Shown in pieces: positions 1 through 10,600 of a DNA stretch of 64,000 nt. The notes under the pieces were generated by a model, which was not told where the DNA came from, did no database searches, and saw only the letters and a program-made list of their open reading frames with translations. Position 1 is the first letter of the stretch, and every line of letters begins with the position of its first letter. The stretch covers positions 165,452,582 through 165,516,581 of the forward strand of contig NC_058135.1 of NCBI RefSeq assembly GCF_016433145.1. The letters are read 5' to 3'. Origin of the DNA: Gracilinanus agilis (lineage: Eukaryota). The position numbers and the translations under genes were made by a program.

Positions 1-117
1 CCCCCGCCCGCCTTCCCTTCCTCCTCCCCCACCCCCTCCAGCCCAGAACCAAATCAAACCGAAACCCGGACCCCGATCCGCCTCCCCCAGCCCGTCCCTC
101 CCCGAGAGCTCTCGACC

Positions 118-144
118 ATGGGCATTTCTGTTTTCACCTTATAA
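118..144 (+). other. uORF1 MGISVFTL*, in frame with the main CDS
   Basis: accATGg (strong Kozak) to TAA at 142-144. Confidence 0.6.
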
Positions 145-146
145 AG

Positions 147-176
147 ATGGCGGTGCGGGATCACTGCAACCTTTAG
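147..176 (+). other. uORF2 MAVRDHCNL*, out of frame
   Basis: aagATGg (strong Kozak) to TAG at 174-176, ending 4 nt before the main ATG. Confidence 0.6.
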
Positions 177-180
177 ACTA

Positions 181-216
181 ATGACTGTCCGAAACATCGC
201 CTCCATCTGTAATATG
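181..216 (+). CDS. USP46: USP46 coding exon 1 ([12 protein letters not shown]), phase 0
   Basis: ATG at 181; donor ATG|gtgagt at 217. Confidence 0.95.
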
Positions 217-3200
217 GTGAGTACTAGCTGGCCTGGAGGTTGGCTGGAAGGAATGAGGAGCCAAAGGAATGAAAGAAAGCCCAGGAAGAACAAACCTCCC
301 TGGGGCCAAGGGCTAGTTGGAGGGTGGGGGCGGGGAGGTGGCCGTCTCCGGGTGAGGTCCAGCGGCTAGAAGGACGAAGAGCTCAAGTGGCCGGAGCGCG
401 GGAGGACCACAAGTAACAACGGTGGGAGAACCTTGCCTTCCCTAGCTCCCCTAGCCCTCCCACCCCGGCAGTCCCCGCAGGGTCCCGCCACTGCTGCCCC
501 CTCCCGTGTTGAGGCTGAGCCCGGCGGGCTCCGAATGGAGGTGGTCTGGGGGTGGGGCCGAACCTTCGGCTGGCGTCTGGGGGAAACCCCAGCTTGTGAC
601 CCCGCCGTGGGAGAATACGCGTCTGGAATCCCGACCCTCCTCCCCACCAACACACTAGGGGACTGCGTCTCTGCAATGCATTTTAAATGCATTGGTCATT
701 AGTGATTATGAAAAAATGCAACAATTTAAAATAAAAATATGCTGCAGCTCTCTCTTGGACTGACTGCCTCTGCGCTCTGGCTGGTGAAAAACCACTTCGG
801 CTCTCGTGGTGCCTCAGTTTTTCCCATCTGGGAAGGGGAAGGGGAGTGCGGATAATGTTATCTGGAAATCCGTGGAATTCGAAGGCCCTCTGGTCCTAGC
901 TGTTAAGTGGACTGCGTAATACCGTTCAGCTGTGGTCCTCCTATTCCTCTAGCTCTTTAGCAAATATGGGGGGAGTTATTGCTAGCCCTAAGGTGGGGTT
1001 TGGGTGCTTGCTAGCAGTCACTTTAATTTGTGCCTCCCTCTCCAGTGTACTCCCATATCCTTTGCAGGTTCTTCAATTTTCCCAAGACTCTAACCCACCT
1101 TATGTGAATCCCAGTGTGCACGTTGTTGGCACTGACACTCCTGCCCTGTGTCTCGCTCAGGAGGATGCCAGCTTGCCCATGGAGTAAGGCAGTCATTCTC
1201 AACCTGGTAGATTCTATTCCCCTCCAGCATTAGGAACCTCTTCTGGGTGTGCCACTATATTTGTTTACTCTCCAATTTCCTATCAGGATTCATTCAGCCT
1301 AGAGTGTCCAGGATGCTGCTGGGAACCATTGCACCATTTCTTTTTAATATCTTTTATTTGTTATATTTTGAAACTCTTTGGGAACTGGTAGAACAGGCTT
1401 CTAGTTGGAATCTGAGGAGGCTTGGACAAAAGTAGCCAAATTAAAAGTGAGACCCGAGTTGGAAACCCTTGGGGTAAGGTGATCAGGCTTCCCCCCACCC
1501 CCACCCCATCCCCTCCCTGCCAGAGTTTTATCTTCTATTTCACACCTGAGATGCCAGATTAACACATGGCCAGGGAGAGTATTAATGAACCCTGCTTTAT
1601 CTCTAGGATGGAACAAGTCTGTTAGACCAGCTTCAGTTTTCATCATTGGTCCACATAGTCTCTGACATTGCCTGCAAAGTATGCACTAGGACTTCACCAA
1701 AGAGAACACAGCAATGGTTACTTGCACATGGAGCGTTCTAACTGGTGTGGGACAATAGGAGCCTTCTTAATTTTCATCTTCTCCACCTGGAGGAGATCAA
1801 CTCTCCTGCCCTTCCATATGTCAGTGCATTCATGCTTAAGGGAGGAAGAAAATGTTACCTACCTACCTATAGTAAAACTGTTATTTCTCTTAGTTTGACT
1901 TTTCATTTTTAATGGTTCATGGTGGATACTGTTTCAGCCTAGACTGGCAACAGCTTCATAGTGAATGGTGGTTATGGGAACAGAAGAGAAATTGGCCTTT
2001 TCACAGGCTATTGTGAAATGTTCTTGTAGTCTTTCTTTTTTAAACCCTTCCTTTCTGTATCATTTCTAAGACAGAAGGGTGTCAAGAACTAGGCAGTTGG
2101 TGTTAAGTGACCTACCCAGGGTCATACAGCGATGAAGTCTCTGAGGTTATATTTGAACCTAGAATCTCCTGATTCTAGGTCTGGTGCTCAATCCACTATG
2201 CTACCTATTCCTCTTGAGGAGGTCACCTCTTGTTTTAGTGTCTTCTTTGCTGCAGAGCTATTTTCCACTGAGCCTCAAAGGCAGTCTGGAAAAGCAAGAA
2301 ACCATAAGAAGAAGCTGCCCTTATGTTTTGGTGGTGACGGTTCAGGATTCCTCCTCCCCTTTATTCATTTTTAAAACCCATACCTAGCTGTAGTACTGCC
2401 TAGCTGCTTCTACCTTTGTTCTTAATGTATGTAGGGGAGGTCATGGGATGTCTTTGGCAGTTGAGAATAGGCTTCATGCTGTTCCCTCTAAAACTTGAGG
2501 CTATTTGTATTGGCCAATGAATGAACAGTTGGGGGTTGCATACTGTGGGCCTATGGAGTAGACAAGGCTGTTGGAGTGTGTGTGCATTTGGTTGGAGAGG
2601 TGGAGTGCCAAAAGCTTACCTGTCCAGATCTTCTTACAGTGAAGAATCAAATTTAATGGTCCTTCTTCAATTAAATAAATAGTGAACCGTAAATATATAA
2701 ATGATGATTGCTCAAACTCCTCTGCTCTAATTCTTCCTATACTGGTTAAGTCATTTGTCTTTTCTTGGCTTTACTTTTCTCTGGTGTAAAATGGAAATTA
2801 TATAGTCTTCAGCCTCTATGGCAACAGTTACAAATGTAAACAATTTTAAGTGTCTAGGGCTTTGCAAAATAGATGCAAATCAAACAAAATAATAATGTAA
2901 ACAGGGAGGTGGAGTGGAAAATCATGACCACTCCCCCTTTTAAAACACATAAATAATTTCAGCCCCTCCCTATCTGACTGAGCCAGAGGAGAATGTTTCC
3001 TGAGTTGAGTTGACTTCTTGGCTGGGATGCTGCTGTTTTCATCTGATCAGACATAATATACTCATTGGACTTCACTGTAGGGTTTGCATTTGCTGATGAA
3101 TTGTTTTCAGGTAGGTCTTTCATGAGTCTCTTCCTCTCTTCATTTTCATGCTGAAATCGGTTTTTAATTAATCCAGATCTTATTTCTTACCAAGGCTCTC

Positions 3201-6200
3201 GTTCAGGTCTACTTTCAGTCTCTGTAACAAATGGGGATAATTGATTGTGAGGTGACATATTTGTAGACGGGCTGGTTTTGGTGCAGGAAAGAAGTAAAAA
3301 GATTTCATCTTTTTCTTGAGATTCAACAAAGCTAAGATCTATATATATTGTGCAGAGGATTTGTTTTCCTGACCAAAATGGGAATAAGCAGAGGAGACAC
3401 AAGAAAATAACATTCAGTATTATTCATGTTTGAGAAATAAACACCTTTTTTTTCTCTACCCTGTACAATTTACCTACACATAAGAAGAAAACCCCAGAAG
3501 TTTTCCCAGTCTATTGGGAAGTTAAAGCTATATCTTATTCATATTAATAATTTTTTTTTTCTCATTTGAACTCTTGCCATAGCACTTCTTGATAAACTTG
3601 CTTCAGGAATGTCATCCTGGCCACAGTGTCTAGTTCAAAGGTAATAAAGCTTGCTTGGCTGGTGTGTTGTAATTTTCAGAATGCATTAGTTACCAAAGAA
3701 TGTTGAAATGTGTATGGCTGGTTAATGAAGCCTTCACTGTATCTTCAGCATAGCCAGAATCCCACATATAGATGAGTTGAGGTTTAAAATATTGACAAAT
3801 GGAAAATGAGAATTTGAGAGCTTTTAAGAAGTAGCTTTTGTTTGGAGAGGTAAAATGCCATTTTAAAATGTGACTTTAATAGACACAAATTGGTTTTAAA
3901 CTATTTTCTCTCGCTTATTGTTGAATTAGTGGTTATATTGTATTTTCTCTAGCCAATAGATATCATGATGTGATGCTTTCTTATTTTTTATAATTAGATA
4001 AAGTTGTTTTAAGAAGATATATATTTACTATCTGGTCAGTCAACATTTTTTCAGCACTTTTCTTAAATTATTACAGTATGTTTCAGAGGCAGCTAGGTGA
4101 TGCAGTGAAGAGAGTACTGGGTCTGGAGTCAGGAAGACTTATCTTCTGGAATTCAAATCTTGCCTACTTATTATAAGTGTCCCTGGACAAGTCACTTCAG
4201 ACTGTTTGCCTCAGTTTCCTCATCAGAAAAAATGACCTGGAGAGGAAATGGCAAACCACTCCAGGATCCTTGCCAAGAAAACCCCAAATGTGGTTGTGAA
4301 GAGTCAGACATAAATGAAACAACTAAACAACAATATAATGTGTTGCATGGTGAAGGGGATGACATAGAATTGAGAGGCAAGAGTCCTTGATTCAGCTTAA
4401 TTCTTCCAGATGTATGAATCTGGTAAAGTTCTTTATGTTTTCATCTCTTATTTTCCTCATATGTAAAATAAGAGTATTGGGTTAGGTGACCCCTAAAATC
4501 CCTTCTTTTCCTAAGAGTTTTTAATGCTTTTTTCTAAATATTAAAAATTTTAGTAATCATTCGAATATATTCTGTTCCCAACTAACTATAAAAAAAGAGG
4601 ACATCGAAATGCCGTATTGAATAACCATTTAGTGAATAGCTAAAACTTGCCGAATTTTTGAAAAATTCCTAAATCTAGATGGCTTCTTTGGAAATTTTTC
4701 ATCCAACTAGAAAAATAAACAACTTCTCTGAGGTCATAGTTGGCAAAAATATTAAAATTCATAATTTTAAGAAAAAGTAAAAAAAAAAGAAAAAAGAAAA
4801 AATAGGTTATTTAGTAGAATTAGTTGTTAGTTATCCATGATAGTCTTGAAATAATTGGAAACTGGGCCTTCTGGTTAACTCTGTGTTCAATTTGCTTTAA
4901 GTCTCTAAAATCAGCCCATGGGGTTTCACCTGTCTAGTTTACTGATTTTAGAAACTGAAACCTGAAAGTGGGTTAAGCAGATGGGAGATGACAGTTCTGA
5001 CATTCATGCCTAAAATATGGGAATGGAAATTGTGTTAAAGGGATGTTGTTTTTTGTTGTGAGGATTATTTAGCTATTAATTTAGTATTAGTGTTGGACCT
5101 AGCAGGAAGGGCTGGAGGATTCCAAGATGGAATGAAGAAGCAGGAAGTGTGCTTCTTGCTCACTGAGAAGGACTCCATGGTGGGAGTTACAGGCAGTAAC
5201 TGATTCCCTGGGAGACCTCAGAGCTTGTGGAGTTGCACCCTGATTCCCTGGGATCCTGGAGTGTGGTGAAGGTTGGAAGCAGAGAGAGACAGGAATGTCA
5301 GATGGACAGGATCAAACAGGATAGGGAGACCAGGGTTTACTGCCAAGGAGCTAACTGTCAACAGGAATGGCAGTTAGGCCCAACAGTCACTCAGCCCACC
5401 TAGGCAAGGGCCTATGGAACCAGCAGGCAACAGGTAAAAGTTTATAACAGTTTAATGTGGGAAACAATAATAAAGGATGGGAATAAGGGATTCTATACTT
5501 ACAAGCTAAGGGCAAGCCAAAGGGTCAGGGGAAGGACTTAACTACACTAAACTAAGACCTAAGCCAGGCAGGGCCCAGAGAATAACAGGACTGGAGTGGG
5601 AATCCTCACAGTAGAGTCCAGAGATGTTTTCAGGATGCCAGGAACCAACTCCTCCAGAACTGATGGTCCAAAGCAGCCCAGTAGGGAGAGGAGCCTGCAA
5701 GCTGTCCACCAGATTGCAGATCACTCCCTACTCAGTACTGTTGTGCAGGATAGATGTCCTCTGCTTCCAACCTTCACCACACTCCAGGATCCCAGGGAAT
5801 CAGGGTGCAACTCCACAAGCTCTGAGGTCTCCCAGGGAATCAGTTACTGCCTGTAACTCCTACCATGGAGTCCTCAGTGAGCAAGAAGCACACTTCCTGC
5901 TTCTTCATTCCATCTTGGAATCCTCCAGCCCTTCCTGCTAGGTCCAACACTAATACTAAATTAGTAGCTAAATAATCCTCACAACACTTTCCTCCCCTTT
6001 TATTTCCTAGGTTCACAAACTCATGATACAAATATATAGATATATTCAACCTTCCTATATTTGGGATTTGGCTAACCAAACTAATGCCCCACTGCTGAAT
6101 GTGTACTGTACGTTTAACTAATACAATAAAGCCTCATTCATTTGAGCTTCCTTCCTCTGACATTTGCATGTACTTGGAAATATTTGTTTATTTTTTAATA

Positions 6201-7660
6201 TTCTATAATTTAAACTTTACTTTTTTCATTCTACCCTTTCTCCTAATCAGACAATATTTTAATTTATTAAAAATATTTTAAATACTTACCTTTATGTCCT
6301 AGTAATAGGTCTTAAAACAGAAGGGCAAGGGCTAGACAATTGGAATTAAGTGGCTCACCAGGATCACACAGCTAGTAAGTGTACAGATTTTAATCCACAT
6401 CCTCCTGACTCCAGGCCTGGTGCTCTATCTATCATGCTACCTAACTACCCCCAGTCAATACTTTTTTTTTGATTGAAAATTTTTATTTAATTAATTGATT
6501 TAGAATATTTTTCCATGGTTACATGATTCATGATGATTCATGTTATTTCTCACCCCCCCCATTAGCCAACAAGCAATTGCCCAGTCAATATTTTTAAAAA
6601 GCTTTGACTATCACATTTGTCTTATGTAATATTATCTTTAAAGGGCTTCATAATTATTATCATTTTCATTTCATAGAAGCAGAAGCAAAATCAAATGACT
6701 AGCTCAAAGTTACTTGAGTAGTGGTAATTATTTGTTGTTGTTCAGTCATTTTAGTCATATTTGACTCTCCATAACCCCATTGGGTTTTTTTTTGTGTGTG
6801 TGTGTGAATGGAATGGTTTGCTATTTCCTTCTCCAGCTCATTTTTGAGATGAAGAAACTGAGGTAAACAGGGTTAAGTGACTTGACCAAGGCCACACAGC
6901 TAGTATCTGAGGTCAGATTTGAACTCAGGAAGGTGAGTCTTCTTGACTCCAGATTCCATGGTCTATCCACTATGCCAAGAGGTAATTATGCACATTTCTC
7001 TATTGCATTCAAGGTTAATAAATGCTTTCCTCTCAAAAACCTATAAGGTAGGTATTGTAAAAACGGCTTTCCAAAGGTCACTCAGTAACCATACTATTTT
7101 CTTCCCAGTTTACCACTGTAGTCACTAATTACATTTCACTCTAATAGTTTTGCAATATTCAAGCCTGTAGTTGTGAGAAAGTGACACATTGGTGGGGTCT
7201 GGGAAAATTCCACAGTGATTCTTAATTGTAAGACCTGAACTATTGAGATAAACTAGGAAAGACTTATTTGAGTGTCTAAAAACAATCTAAGCTGACAAGT
7301 AACTCAGATCAGAATGCTTCATATGGTTCTGGCATTGACGTTGGGATTCTAAATTAGCTGAAGTTTGGAATTATTCATTCAGAGTTTCATGGTGAGTCCA
7401 AGATAGAACCAACTTTTAGTCTGATTGGAGGCAATTGCTTTGGTTGATCTTAAATTTTAAGGGGACCTTTTAAGTTGCTTCTGGTTCAAAATCCTTGAGG
7501 ATACATTCTAGCCGCTAGACTTTCTTTCTACTGTCTCCCAGGATAGTTTAGTCCTTTCTAGTGCTTTGAACATGTAGGCATTTAATAAATACTTGGTGGG
7601 TTGGATTTTAAATGAAATGCTCTCTGATCTCTTCTGGCTAAAAAACATCCAACCTCAGAA

Positions 7661-7693
<33 letters not shown>

Positions 7694-10600
7694 TTGTGTG
7701 TGTGTGTGTGTGTAAAAGTAAAAGGGGAGGTCACAAGGAAGGGACATGACTGTCTTATGATAGGAGCAATAACTGAATGGGAAAAAGAACAAGCTTGTGG
7801 AACTAGAGTAGAGATCTAGGGACAGAAGTTAGAGAATTCCTTGCCAGTCTTTAAATGCAGAAAGTCATTATTATTCAAAACCAGATCTTAATTTAACACA
7901 ATGTTACTAATTTTGGAATGTAACTTTAGTTCAATCAAAAGAAGCATTAGAGAAAAGTATCTTTTCAGCAGCTTAGGAGACATCGAAATTAATGGTTTGT
8001 GGATTCTTCATATTTACTCAAAAGCTTTTAGGTATCCTTTTAGGAAACAAAGTTCAAGTAGTCTTACTTCCACATTTCTCTCTTCAGTTGAGTTTGGTGG
8101 AATGTGACTTATCAGCTCTTGCCTAAACACAGATTTGGGAGGTGTGTTTTGTTTTTAACCTGAACTTTATTGTTCACAATGCTGTGGCATCTTGGAAATG
8201 TGTGTTCTGGCTCTATTGAATTGCAACAGTTACTAGCTTAGTTAATTTGTTTGGTTCCAAGGAGCAGGTTGGACAACTTTGGGTTGATGTTGCAAAGAGG
8301 TAGTAGGCTTAGGTGCCAGGTCCAGAAAACTTTTCTAGTAATTAGTGTTATCCCTAAGTAGAATGGGTGTCTTTGGGGAAGTAGTAGATACCCTCTCCAC
8401 TATCCCCTTCCCAACTGAGATTTTTGAGACATAGCTAGATGACTGCTTGCCAGTGATGTTGTTTTAGTGTGGATTATTAGTCAGGTATGTGTTGGACTAG
8501 ATGACCTCTGAGGTCTCTTCCAATTCTAGATATCTATATAATTTTTAATCAGCAAGACTATAAGCATTTACTTTATAGATTCCAAGCACTGCAAAACACC
8601 AGGAAATACAAAAACAAGGGAAAAGGAAATCACTATTCTCAAGGAGGAAGGACATTATACAAAAGAGAACTGAAAAGTTGGAAGGTAGGAGAGAAGGTGC
8701 CTGTAAACGGTGTCAATTAATGAATGAATCAACAAACATTTATTAAGCTCTTACTATGAGCCAGGCACTGTGCTAAATGCCGGGGATACAAAAAGAGGCA
8801 AAAGAGATGGGTCCTGTCTTCAAGGAACTTACAATCTAAGAGAAGAGACAACATGCAAAAAAGCTATATACAAGGCAAGCTATATCCAGAATAAATGGGA
8901 AATAATTAAAACAGGAAAAGTACTGAAGTTATGGAAAATCTGAAGCAAAACAGAGAAAGGGATTGAAGGTTGGCTAGCCCAGAATTCTTTCCAAAATTCA
9001 GCCCCCTGTGAGGAACTCATTGGTATGAGCAGGGGACCCTGCTAGGGGCTGGGAGATTCCAGCCAGAGGCTTCAGGCTCCAAGAGAAGTTTAAGGGGGAA
9101 GATGGCAGCTGAGGAATGGGGTAAAATCTAGCATGTCAGAAGGGATCTGAGAAAAGAATGAAGGGGATATAGCCTAGGAAATCTGCTACAAAATACAGAA
9201 AGGTTTTTTTTGATCCACAGGATAGTCAGCAGTCATTACCAAGCCCCTACAATATGCTAGACATTTTTAAGTAAAAGGGATTTGGAGAGAAAAATGCAAC
9301 AGCTCCTTCTTTCAAANNNNNNNNNNNNNNNNNNNNNNNNNNNNNNNNNNNNNNNNNNNNNNNNNNNNNNNNNNNNNNNNNNNNNNNNNNNNNNNNNNNN
9401 NNNNNNNNNNNNNNNNNNNNNNNNNNNNNNNNNNNNNNNNNNNNNNNNNNNNNNNNNNNNNNNNNNNNNNNNCAAATATAATGGTGGGCAGCAGGACAGG
9501 GGAAGAAGACCTGGCACTAACATTTGGGAAATCAGAAAAGGCTGTGTTTTATTCCATTGGAAATATTCTCTCTTCAAAGTATGTGTTAAATTCAGAATAA
9601 TTTTCTTAAAGTGAATGAGTTAAACCCAAGGGTAATTCTAAAATTTAAAAACTTGGCTATCAGTTTTGTCTTTCTTCACTCAGCATACCTTTACTACACC
9701 TATGACTAGTCCACAGATTTTAACCTCTTTTCACTTTTGCTTTCCTTCTAGTGGAGGGGCCAGTGGATAAAAAGATGAATACCAGGAGACAGCAAGGGAC
9801 CTTCTAGAGAACAATTCATAAATTGATAATTGGCTCTTCAGATGACCTCATATTGGCTGAAAGAGCAGCTCATCGCTTATGTAATTTGTGTTGGATCATT
9901 CCATTGTTCTTTTCAGGAAGAAAAGCTTGAATCTGAGAAGTAACTCCAAAACATGGCATTCCCACCAAAACACATACATTCATTACACTTTAACAAGACT
10001 AGCAAAGTAGGGAACAAATTTGCCATCATTATTTTAAGCTGTGGTTTACACAGTCACTCAGTGCATAGCAGGGTCAGGAGTGATTAGATTAGGTAGAAGG
10101 AAACCCTGTTGTAATCTGTTCCCTAGAAACAACAGCCACAGCAGAGGTGGTACCAACTTTTCCCAGGCCTCCCTGTGGGGAGAAAAAAAGGGCAAAGAAC
10201 CTTGCTTCTGCCCAGCAGCGGTTTCCTAGCCCCACTTCTTCCAGAATGAATCTCAGATTTCATAATGAGAATGGAATAATAAAGTATATATGCCATGAAC
10301 TTTGTGCTATCTTCAGTTTTTCTAGAACACAATTGTGCTGTCAGAAAGGAAAGGAGGAAAAAAAGGTATGATGGTGATTATTCTTTGGACAAGTCACCTT
10401 CTTGGGTCTCAGTTTCCTCCTTTCTAGAATGAGGAAGTTAAACTAGATCAGGATTTTCTTTTCTTTTCTTTTTTAAAATTTGTTTGCAGTCTGGTGAAGG
10501 CTATGAATTCCTTCTCAGACTAAAGTTTTTAGATGCATAAAACAAAATAAGCCTAATATATTGAAATAAGGAACTTTATTTTCACCCAAGTTCTCATATC

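Larger units (their letters stand above)
1..680 (+). promoter_or_regulatory. CpG island / promoter-5'UTR region with GC box (1-11) and YY1-type motif AAGATGGCGG (144-153)
   Basis: GC-rich and CpG-dense compared with the depleted remainder; spans exon 1. Confidence 0.85.

Noticed and set aside
54-702. Overlapping 79-108 aa ORFs on both strands in the CpG island
   Set aside because: Expected in GC-rich sequence; no recognisable domains; only 181-216 is supported by homology and splice sites.
5054-5986. Interpretation as a classic DNA transposon with TSD
   Set aside because: No 2-, 8- or 9-bp TSD on the flanks (ttgttttt vs ctttcctc); TG...CA ends and a poly(A)-signal-like motif fit an LTR origin better. 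Kept as a finding under that reading.
9257-9614. Two 106-110 aa ORFs
   Set aside because: Artefacts of translating through the N gap.
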